Positions 19,336 through 27,406 of a DNA stretch of 64,000 nt are shown here, piece after piece. A program made the translations under genes and the position numbers. Source of the DNA: Spirochaetia bacterium (lineage in GTDB: Bacteria; Spirochaetota; Spirochaetia; UBA9216); NCBI GenBank assembly GCA_963675665.1, contig OY776510.1:448001-512000 (forward strand). The letters are read 5' to 3'. The notes beneath the pieces are model-generated. The model saw only the letters and a list, made by a program, of their open reading frames with translations, had not been told where the DNA came from and did not search any database. Positions within the stretch are counted from its first letter, which is position 1; the number at the start of each line of letters is the position of its first letter.

Positions 19336-20712
19336 TTATCCTGTCTTTTTCATTAAAAGTGATGCCGCCGTCAGCAGAGGATCCCATACAGGGCTGAATG
19401 GGGGCGCATAGGCAAGATCACATTCATAAAATTCCTCAATGGTCATTCCCGCCTGAATCGCAACAGCCGCTGCATTGATTCTCCTTGCAACGCCTTCGGT
19501 CCCGACCATTTGTGCTCCCAGAATTTTCCCGGTTGCCTTGTCTGCAATAAAAGACGCATGCAGGGGCGCTGAACCTTCAAATACATGAGCTTTTGATTTG
19601 GCAACAACAGCCTTGTAAACCGGTTCAAACCCGGCATCTTCAGCCTCTTCGAGCGACAAACCCGTACGCGCTATCTCAAGATTAAAGGCTTTGAAAACAC
19701 CGGTTCCGGCTATACCCCTGAACAGCTGCTCATCACCCAGCATATTATCCGCAGCTATGCGACCGCCCCTGTTGGCTGTTAATGCAAGAGGTATCCAGAT
19801 TTTACGGCCGCTGATAATACTGACGTTGTCGGCGCAATCCCCGGCGGCAAAGATGTCCGGATCCGAGGTCCTCATATTCATGTCAATCGCTACGGCCCCT
19901 GACGCTCCGAGTTCTATTCCCGCATCCGAGGCAAGCTCCGATTCCGGTTTAACGCCGATTGCCAGCAGCACCATGTCGCAACCGAACGCCCTGCCGCCGG
20001 CCCGAAGGGTGAGCCTTCCGTCGGCGGAACCGTCAGTATTTTTCTCTATCGATTCAAGATTCAACCCGGGCAGATACTGTACTCCGTTTTCGTCAAGTTC
20101 TTTGCCGACAACCGAAGACAGTTCCGGAAGCATCCACGGTAAAAGCTGCTCGCGCTTTTTTACCATTGTCACCTTAATACCGCGTGCACTCAGTGCTTCG
20201 GCCATCTCCAGCGCGATATATCCCATTCCTACAATAACCGCCGATTTAACGACCCCGGCAGAACCCGGGCTGTCTTCAGCAAGATATTTTTTTATTTTTC
20301 TGGCGTCTTCAAGGGCTTTGAGGACAAAAACTCCGTCCAGGTCTGTTCCCGGAACAGAGGGGATTATTGCCGATGCGCCTGTTGCGATGAGAAGCTTATC
20401 ATAGCCGGAAACAAATTCTTTTCCTGATAAATCGGTACCGTAAACCTTTCCGGCGCTTCTGTCTATTTTTTCTACACAATGGCCCGTGTGCAGTTCGATT
20501 CCCTGTTGATTTATAAATGCGTCTGCTGTCCGGACAACCAGTTTTTCAATTGGATTGTCTTTTGCCGCGATATTGTACGGCATTCCGCATGCGCTGTAGG
20601 AAACATCTTCCGTCTTTTCGTAAACGACTACGTCCGAGTCGGGCTCTCTTCGTTTCAGTCTTGAAGCGGCGCTCATTCCGGCCGCGTCTCCGCCAATAAT
20701 TAAATATCTCAT
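19336..20712 (-). CDS. CoA-disulfide reductase / NADH oxidase family flavoprotein
   Basis: IIGGDAAGMSAA, SYSACGMPY, GMGYIALE, IFAAGDCA, DLAYAPPFSPVWDP. Confidence 0.9.
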   Translation of the reverse strand: MRYLIIGGDAAGMSAASRLKRREPDSDVVVYEKTEDVSYSACGMPYNIAAKDNPIEKLVVRTADAFINQQGIELHTGHCVEKIDRSAGKVYGTDLSGKEFVSGYDKLLIATGASAIIPSVPGTDLDGVFVLKALEDARKIKKYLAEDSPGSAGVVKSAVIVGMGYIALEMAEALSARGIKVTMVKKREQLLPWMLPELSSVVGKELDENGVQYLPGLNLESIEKNTDGSADGRLTLRAGGRAFGCDMVLLAIGVKPESELASDAGIELGASGAVAIDMNMRTSDPDIFAAGDCADNVSIISGRKIWIPLALTANRGGRIAADNMLGDEQLFRGIAGTGVFKAFNLEIARTGLSLEEAEDAGFEPVYKAVVAKSKAHVFEGSAPLHASFIADKATGKILGAQMVGTEGVARRINAAAVAIQAGMTIEEFYECDLAYAPPFSPVWDPLLTAASLLMKKTG

Positions 20713-20774
20713 AATATATGGATAGTAATATATTTTGCTGCAACAGTCAAAAGAAAGGACATTAAATTTTAAGA

Positions 20775-22109
20775 TTAATACAGACCGTATTCTTTAATTT
20801 TATTGAACAGGGTTTTACGATCAATACCCAGTTCTTCAGCAGCTTTTATCTTTTTACCTTCCCATCGTGCAAGACTTTCCCGAATCATCTCTTTTTCCAT
20901 GTCCCTCAAGGTTCCGCGGCTTTTTAAAGTATGATGATTTGAAGATGGTTGTTCCAAACCGGAACCGAGAGAAAAATCAGCGGACTGCAGTTCATTTCTT
21001 TCCGACAAAATAAAGGCCCGTTCAATCAGGTTCTCCAATTCACGAATATTTCCCGGAAAGCGATACGCCTTCAGCATGTCCATAGCATCGGAAGAAATCC
21101 CGCTGATTGCCCTTCCCATACGATTATTCATTACGGAGATAAATGTACCGCATAACAGCGGCATGTCTTCAGATCTTTCCCTGAGCGGAGGAAGATGAAT
21201 CCTTACAACATTCAGTCTGTAAAACAGGTCTTCCCGGAATTTTCCAGTCTTTACGTCTTCTTCTATGGGTCTGTTGGTAGCGGCAATTATCCTTACGTCG
21301 AGTTTGATCTGTTTAACCGAACCGAGCCGCTGAACCGAACGCTCCTGTATGGCCCTGAGAAGCTTTACCTGAAGATGAACCGGCATATCGCCGATTTCAT
21401 CCAGAAAAATCGTTCCGCCGGAGGCCGCCTCAAAAAGTCCTGTTTTCATTCTCTCAGCCCCTGTAAAAGCCCCTTTTTCATGCCCGAAAAGTTCACTTTC
21501 AAGAAGGGTTTCAGGAATACTGCCGACATTTACCGGAACAAACGGGCTGTCGGCTCTTTCCGACCTGCCGTGGATAAACCGTGCAAAGACCTCTTTTCCC
21601 GTCCCGCTTTCCCCGGTTATCAGGACATTGGATTGCGTCGGTGCTGCCTTTTCCGCCAGAGTTATTATTCTGTTCATTTCCGAATTGTTACTTTCAAGTT
21701 TAAACCCTCTGCCGCTGAGGTTCCGCAACCGAAAAACTTCCTGCTGAAGCCGTTTTTTTTCACCGGCCTTTATTATCTTTAATTTTAGCTCTTCTGTTTC
21801 AAATGGCTTTGTAAGATAATCTTCTGCACCCAGTTTCATGGCTTCAACTGCATCAGCTACATCACCGTAGGCTGAAATCATTATAACCGGGAGTTTAAGA
21901 TCTTCCTTTTCAAGCCGACGGAGAACTTCCAGCCCGTCCGCTCCCGGCATTTTGAGATCCATAACAAGAACATCAAAAACTTCTTCTGAAAGCAGCCTTA
22001 GTGCCGACAAACCGTTTTCGGCCGTTCTGACCTCGAATCCGTCAATCGTCAGATACTCAACTATTGATTCCCTTATTCCTTTTTCATCATCAGCTATGAG
22101 TACTCTCAT
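20775..22109 (-). CDS. Sigma-54-dependent response regulator (NtrC/ZraR/AtoC type)
   Basis: REC domain; GESGTGKE, ESELFGHEKGAFTGA, Fis-type HTH. Confidence 0.95.
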   Translation of the reverse strand: MRVLIADDEKGIRESIVEYLTIDGFEVRTAENGLSALRLLSEEVFDVLVMDLKMPGADGLEVLRRLEKEDLKLPVIMISAYGDVADAVEAMKLGAEDYLTKPFETEELKLKIIKAGEKKRLQQEVFRLRNLSGRGFKLESNNSEMNRIITLAEKAAPTQSNVLITGESGTGKEVFARFIHGRSERADSPFVPVNVGSIPETLLESELFGHEKGAFTGAERMKTGLFEAASGGTIFLDEIGDMPVHLQVKLLRAIQERSVQRLGSVKQIKLDVRIIAATNRPIEEDVKTGKFREDLFYRLNVVRIHLPPLRERSEDMPLLCGTFISVMNNRMGRAISGISSDAMDMLKAYRFPGNIRELENLIERAFILSERNELQSADFSLGSGLEQPSSNHHTLKSRGTLRDMEKEMIRESLARWEGKKIKAAEELGIDRKTLFNKIKEYGLY

Positions 22110-23380
22110 GTTTCTCTCCGGAAGAAAAGCTCCGCTTCCGCCCCGCCTTCTTTCCTGTTGTTTATTTTTACCGAACCGCCTGCAGCCTCCGTTAAACGCT
22201 TTACAACCGACAGCCCCAAACCCGTACCGCTGTTTTTGGTTGTGAAAAAAGGATCAAACATTCTCCTCAGGGCTTCCTCTGTAAATCCTGCACCGTTATC
22301 CGTCACCGAAAGCAGTATTCCGCGGCTCACTTCTGTAACCGCGATCCCGGCAGCGCCTGCGCTTTCTACGGCATTATTCACAATGTTATCGAGTACGGTT
22401 CGTAATCTTTCCCTGTCGAAATAAATACAAGCCGCAGAATCAGGAATGCTGAATACTATTTCATTACGGCTGCCGTATAATTCAGTAACAAAGCGGCCAA
22501 GATCAATTTTCTCCGGTTTACCAACCGGGTTTCGCAGAAATTCCCCAACCCTGTCGACCAGCAGATTAAGCCTTTTAAGTTCACGATCAATAATATCCAG
22601 ATTTGTTTCGTAACCCGGCGGAAGCTTCTTTACAAGAAGATCACGCTGTATTTTTAATGCACCCAGGGGATTTCTAATCTCATGGGCAAGAGTTCTGGCC
22701 GCCTCGCCAAGCTGAATAAGCTGTCTGTCATGCTCCGTTTTCTCTATCAGCCGTCTGTTGGATCGGTATAAACGAAACAAAAAGAATGCAGCAACAGAAA
22801 AAAGCGTGATAAAAAGAATAATCAGAAGAATAATCAACCGTCGTTCAGAAATATAACCGCTGTTAAGATATTCAATATAGATTCCCACCTGATATTTTCG
22901 AAGCATCGGCGCCAACGGCTGTCGCTGATCCCTGTCATCCCTGAGTTCCTGCAGCCTCCGCTGCATATTGGGCGGCATTCTCTGCATCATTGACTCAGCT
23001 CCGCGTAAAACGGCAGCATCATCCGGCAGTGTTCTTATAACAACTATACTGCGACGACCGGCCATAATCACTTCGTTATTGCGGCCCGCTGCATCAGGCA
23101 GCCGCAAGGGTGCACTCCCGTATCTTTTCAGAGAATTATTATCTGCTCCGTATATTCCGAAACCTGTTATATTTTCATCTATTTGAGAAGGGTCGTTCAG
23201 CTGATCATTTACCTGAAGATCAAGAAGCAGGTCAATAAGCCGGGAGGCCTTGTATTCCAGCATCAGTGCATTATTTGACTGTTTCTGGTCTATAAGCATT
23301 ACAAGAAGAATTATAAAAATAATAAAAACAGCTGAAACCGGAAGCAAAATCACTCCCGGCTTCATTTTAATTGGTTTCAT
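22106..23380 (-). CDS. Membrane sensor histidine kinase
   Basis: Two TM helices; LAHEIRNPL, NIVNNAVE, DNGAGF, FDPFFTTK..GTGLGL. Confidence 0.95.
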   Translation of the reverse strand: MKPIKMKPGVILLPVSAVFIIFIILLVMLIDQKQSNNALMLEYKASRLIDLLLDLQVNDQLNDPSQIDENITGFGIYGADNNSLKRYGSAPLRLPDAAGRNNEVIMAGRRSIVVIRTLPDDAAVLRGAESMMQRMPPNMQRRLQELRDDRDQRQPLAPMLRKYQVGIYIEYLNSGYISERRLIILLIILFITLFSVAAFFLFRLYRSNRRLIEKTEHDRQLIQLGEAARTLAHEIRNPLGALKIQRDLLVKKLPPGYETNLDIIDRELKRLNLLVDRVGEFLRNPVGKPEKIDLGRFVTELYGSRNEIVFSIPDSAACIYFDRERLRTVLDNIVNNAVESAGAAGIAVTEVSRGILLSVTDNGAGFTEEALRRMFDPFFTTKNSGTGLGLSVVKRLTEAAGGSVKINNRKEGGAEAELFFRRET

Positions 23381-23427
23381 TCTTTGTTTAAGATACTATA
23401 AACCTGTAATTATTGCCATTAAGAACT

Positions 23428-24000
23428 CTAAAAAGGTCTCTGCCTGCCGTCCGCTTTTCCACCATACATTCGGTTGTCGTCCCGGCTGCTCATTCCGCCC
23501 CGACCGAACATTCCGTCTTTATCGGCCATTCTTCCGAATCCGGTTTCGTTATCCACCCACGGCAGCTGATATGTGGTACCGTCAATTTCTACAGATTCCA
23601 CAAGCAGCTCTATATTTCCTTCAAGCGCCTCAAGATCGAACATCCTTCCCCGCCCCCCGGGCCCTGCCGCAGGTCCGGCATTCCATGGCATGGTCTCTTC
23701 ATCAACAATATAACCTTTAACTGTGATTTTATCTCCTTCGCTGACATAATCATAAAAAGCCATTGCTCCGGGGGCAATCAGAGTATAACTCTTACCGCCG
23801 GCAACCAGTTCCGGAACGGGAGATTCAAACTTTACCGTACCGGTTACCTCTGCCTGCTCAAGGTCTTCAAGATAACTGTTTCTTGCAAGCTCCCTGGGCT
23901 GCAGTTTAACCACACCGTCTTCATCTGCTTCCTGCGCGCCTGTCGCAAATACTGTCGCAGCAGCTGCAGACATGCATAAAATTAAAAATATTTTCTTCAT
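23428..24000 (-). CDS. Exported accessory protein with Gly/Met/Arg-rich tail
   Basis: Spirochaete-type signal (VFATGAQE); AGGAG SD; upstream of kinase-regulator pair. Confidence 0.7.
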   Translation of the reverse strand: MKKIFLILCMSAAAATVFATGAQEADEDGVVKLQPRELARNSYLEDLEQAEVTGTVKFESPVPELVAGGKSYTLIAPGAMAFYDYVSEGDKITVKGYIVDEETMPWNAGPAAGPGGRGRMFDLEALEGNIELLVESVEIDGTTYQLPWVDNETGFGRMADKDGMFGRGGMSSRDDNRMYGGKADGRQRPF

Positions 24001-24062
24001 TTTTTGCTCCTATAAAAAGTCAACCACAAGCTAAAAATATAAGCTTATGATCTGGTCGGATA

Positions 24063-25175
24063 TCAACCGACCATTACAGCTTCCCATGCTGCTGCCTGCA
24101 TTTCCCTGTATTCTTTTCTAAAAGCCATTTTCATCGGATCAAACGGCTCTCTGGTTTTTAAAATTGTATATACCAAAGTGCTCATCTTGCGGGCGGCAGC
24201 TATTACACTCTTACCCGAGCCTTTCTGCTTCTTCATCGCTGCATACTTCGTCATTATTCGGTACGTCCCGGTCTTCTTTTGCATACGAACCATTCCCATC
24301 ACCATCTGTACGAAGGCTGTCCTCAGTTCTACAGGCCCACGCTTTGTTATATGTCCATGATGTATTGTCATATTTGAGTTCTGCACCCATGGCACAAGCC
24401 CGGCGTTTGCTGCATATTTCTTCGCACTATCATATCTGCCGATATCGTCTGTATAGGCTCTTACTGTTGCTGCTGTTATTAGACCCACGCCTGGTATTGT
24501 CTGCAGAAGCTCAACATCTTCATCGTCCTCCACAAGCTCAGCCAAAACCTTTTCAAGCTGCTTGACTTGCGATGCCTGATTATCTATCATATCCAGTAAC
24601 GGTATTACCGTTTTGGCAGCGCTTCCGTAAAAGTCGTGGTCCTCGAGACCGTTCAGGATTCGCTGCCTTTCTTTTTTACTCTGCAGCTGTCCGCGTTTGG
24701 TCTCTATTCCATAACCAAGTAATAAGCCATGCACCTGGTTCTTTAACGACACAACAGATTTTACCAGTATCGACCTGGATTTCAGCACCCTTCGAATATC
24801 CTCACTCTCTTGGGAACATAATATCGATTCAGGCAGCATGTCTTTCTCAAGAAACTCCGCCAGGGTGCGTGCATCATGTTTGTCTGTCTTTTTTACAGAT
24901 TCATTCACTACCTTGAATTTCAAAGTATTCACTACAACCACTTCGACTCCAGCCTTTAACAGTTTATTGCGGAAATAACGGGCATTCCCGGTTGTTTCCA
25001 CCGCTGCTCTCAACTCATATTCCTCTTCACAATATTCATCCAGCATTTTCAGAAATGCTCCATAACCATTTCCGCTGGTCGGATACATTCCCAATTGATC
25101 AATTTTTCGGTCTTCACTTAAAAGGCATACTGTAAACTGCGTTTTGTGAAGATCCACGCCAATACTCATCTTCAT
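24063..25175 (-). CDS. IS110-family DEDD recombinase/transposase
   Basis: IGVDLHK, AVETTGN, KKTDKHDA (DEDD), LQTIPGVG, GLVPWVQNS (catalytic Ser region), GHITKRGP. Confidence 0.96.
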   Translation of the reverse strand: MKMSIGVDLHKTQFTVCLLSEDRKIDQLGMYPTSGNGYGAFLKMLDEYCEEEYELRAAVETTGNARYFRNKLLKAGVEVVVVNTLKFKVVNESVKKTDKHDARTLAEFLEKDMLPESILCSQESEDIRRVLKSRSILVKSVVSLKNQVHGLLLGYGIETKRGQLQSKKERQRILNGLEDHDFYGSAAKTVIPLLDMIDNQASQVKQLEKVLAELVEDDEDVELLQTIPGVGLITAATVRAYTDDIGRYDSAKKYAANAGLVPWVQNSNMTIHHGHITKRGPVELRTAFVQMVMGMVRMQKKTGTYRIMTKYAAMKKQKGSGKSVIAAARKMSTLVYTILKTREPFDPMKMAFRKEYREMQAAAWEAVMVG

Positions 25176-25204
25176 GTTCTATCTCCAATAGTTTGAAGCA
25201 GTGC

Positions 25205-25370
25205 CTATACGGTGAATTGTTCCATTCTCCTATCCGGTCTCGCAGACCATTGAATGTTTCGGTTACGGCTCTTCAATCTCCTAAACGGTCTCGCGGACCA
25301 GTAAAAATGTCGAACAGTAACCTTACTGCCTCAATTAAAGTTAAGGCAGTATATCAATTCACCAGCTCAT
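25205..25370 (-). ncRNA. Predicted IS110 bridge/seek RNA
   Basis: Closing stem GGTGAATTG/CAATTCACC, 5' hairpin 25324-25351, two loops sharing a GGTC(C/T)GCGAGACC hairpin, flanked by segments matching the target and donor junctions. Confidence 0.82.
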
Positions 25371-25413
25371 GAAGACTTTTTATCATTCCTCCTAAAAAGT
25401 TGTTACTTTTATA

Positions 25414-25431
25414 AAGCAATATGCATACCAA
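25414..25431 (-). promoter_or_regulatory. Sigma-54 (-24/-12) promoter
   Basis: TTGGTATGCATATTGCTT = GG-N10-GC; predicted start ~25404, just before the SD at 25393. Confidence 0.8.
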
Positions 25432-25508
25432 AAAAATATTGAAAAAGAGGATTTATTGGGTATTTTTTAGAGATTTAACAGTGAATTTAAGGATTTCAAA
25501 ATGCCTCC

Positions 25509-25553
25509 CGGGGCAATTTTCCCCATCATAGAATTCAGAGGATTTTTGCCCCG
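25509..25553. promoter_or_regulatory. Paired upstream activator boxes for a sigma-54 activator
   Basis: CGGGGCAATTTTCCCC and GAGGATTTTTGCCCCG, ~110-140 bp upstream of the predicted start. Confidence 0.6.
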
Positions 25554-25599
25554 AAGATTGCAGAACCCGTGCTTAAAAAGCAACAGGCCCGGTGCAGGT

Positions 25600-26043
25600 T
25601 TAAATTACTGATTCAGATTCAACGGTATCCGGTGAAGATGAATATGCAAGCTCTTCATCAGTAATCTCATCAGCTTCTGTATCACCGCCGTTTTCGGTTC
25701 TGAAATCTTCCTTACCGAATGTCGGCCTTTTCTCAATATACTCTGCTACGAGTTTTAACCTTGATCTCGGATTTCCTTCCCTGTCTTCCCAGCGGTCCTG
25801 TTTTAATCTTCCTACTATACGGACTCCCTTGCCTTTGGAGAAATTGTTCTCACTGTAGGTTGCAAGCCTCGTCCATGCTTCAATATCCAGAAACGTCACT
25901 TCTTTCTGGTATTCATCATCCTGTTTATAATAACGGTTTGATGCCACGGTAAAGTTACAAACCTTCGTACCTTTAGGCGTTTCACTTAGAATCGGATCTC
26001 TGACAAGATTTCCTTCAATTATTACTGAGTTAACAGAATTCAT
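25600..26043 (-). CDS. ssb: Single-stranded DNA-binding protein
   Basis: NSVIIEGNLVRDP, FTVASNR, KGKGVRIVGRLKQDRW; acidic tail. Confidence 0.92.
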   Translation of the reverse strand: MNSVNSVIIEGNLVRDPILSETPKGTKVCNFTVASNRYYKQDDEYQKEVTFLDIEAWTRLATYSENNFSKGKGVRIVGRLKQDRWEDREGNPRSRLKLVAEYIEKRPTFGKEDFRTENGGDTEADEITDEELAYSSSPDTVESESVI

Positions 26044-26310
26044 TTTAATACCTCTTTAGTTTTCTCTGTCCCGGAACTGTTTATATATAAGGAATAATCT
26101 TCTTTTTTCCTGATGCTTTAATAAATCAGACACTTCATGTTGCAAATTTTGCACCGATAACCTGCTTGATCGTTGCCGTTTCATGGATTATGATGAGATA
26201 AACGCGTGCTTCCACGTACACGTTTCTCTTGAAGTTTGCATCGCAGCGCTTTTCAAATTTCAATATGTTAACTCACCGTCCAGGGTGAGCCTCTAATGAA
26301 GGAGAAAGAA

Positions 26311-27402
26311 ATGGCAAAAGGATTTTCACTTGAAACGTACCCATGGGCATATCTTGCGCAATACGATAAAGAAACTGAATGGCGTGAGGAATACATCGAA
26401 AATCCGCATAAAACCCCGAAGGAAGAAGCGGACCTTCCCGCCGATGAGTTTGCGGCACTGCTTCAGAAGAGAAATTCGTTTCCCGGGCTTCCGCTTGTTA
26501 ATTATACAACACAATACGGCATGGGCTGCTTTGAAGGCCTAAAGGCATATCCGCAAAAGGACGGCTCTCTAAAATTATTCCGACCGGATGAAAATGCCGC
26601 CAGGATGTTTAAATCAATGAAGGGATTGATGATGCCTCCATTCCCGGAAAAAATGTTTCTTGAAGCATCAAAAACCGTAGTTAAAAAGAATATGGCCTGC
26701 GGCTTTGCGCCTGAATATGATTCGGAGTGGGAAAAGGATAATTATATTACTGGACATGCAGTGTACCTGAGACCGTTTACGTATTCGGAACCGGCGATAG
26801 GCCTGGGCGTATCAAATCGTCCATGGGTAGTAATTGTTGCAACACCTGTCGGAGCATATTTCGCGCCGGGGAATTCCAAAGCCGTCGTCACAGATAAAGC
26901 CAGAGCAACTCCCAACGGCACAGGCTGGATAAAATGCAATGCGAATTATGTTATTCCCATTCTTGCAAAGAAAGAAGCAGTAAACGCCGGATATATGGAA
27001 GCTATTTTTCTTGATTCCGTTGAAAAAAAATATGTTGAAGAAGGTTCATCATGCAACATATTTTTCAAACTAAAAGACGGCACACTGATTACTCCGGAGC
27101 TCGGCGATACAATACTGCCCGGAATAAACAGAAAGAGCGTAATAGAACTTGCCGGGGATATGGGAACAAAAGTCGAAGAAAGAAAAGTCCCCATTGCGGA
27201 GGTTATGGAAAAAGCTGACGAATGCTTTGTTACCGGAACAGCCGCAGGAGTTTCATATATCGAATCCATCACTTTAAAGGGAAAAACCCTAGTCCTCAAC
27301 AAAGGTGTACAGGGAGAACTCACGACTGAACTTCAAAAAACGCTTAAAAAGATACAGTACGGAGCTATAGAAGACACAAAAGGATGGATGTTCGGACTTT
27401 AA
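26311..27402 (+). CDS. ilvE: Branched-chain amino acid aminotransferase
   Basis: QYGMGCFEGLKAY, LFRPDEN, K(PLP)CNANY, EEGSSCNIF, ILPGINR, GTAA; AAGGAG before ATG 26311. Confidence 0.92.
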   Translation: MAKGFSLETYPWAYLAQYDKETEWREEYIENPHKTPKEEADLPADEFAALLQKRNSFPGLPLVNYTTQYGMGCFEGLKAYPQKDGSLKLFRPDENAARMFKSMKGLMMPPFPEKMFLEASKTVVKKNMACGFAPEYDSEWEKDNYITGHAVYLRPFTYSEPAIGLGVSNRPWVVIVATPVGAYFAPGNSKAVVTDKARATPNGTGWIKCNANYVIPILAKKEAVNAGYMEAIFLDSVEKKYVEEGSSCNIFFKLKDGTLITPELGDTILPGINRKSVIELAGDMGTKVEERKVPIAEVMEKADECFVTGTAAGVSYIESITLKGKTLVLNKGVQGELTTELQKTLKKIQYGAIEDTKGWMFGL

Positions 27403-27406
27403 GACT

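Larger units (their letters stand above)
24009..25390 (-). mobile_element. Complete IS110-family insertion sequence
   Basis: CTCCTA shared at both junctions (24007-24012, 25389-25394); 10-bp subterminal IRs ATAAAAAGTC (24012-24021) / GACTTTTTAT (25374-25383). Confidence 0.9.

Noticed and set aside
25354-25386. 10-codon ORF MIKSLHELVN at the IS left end after AGGAGG
   Set aside because: SD-ATG spacing is only 1-2 nt, and the sequence is explained by the IR and RNA stem.
24007-25394. CTCCTA at both IS ends as a target-site duplication
   Set aside because: IS110 elements do not make TSDs; it is better explained as the core plus donor/target microhomology.
26190-26310. T-box or riboswitch in the ilvE leader
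   Set aside because: Small hairpins exist, but there is no T-box consensus or terminator that I can recognise.
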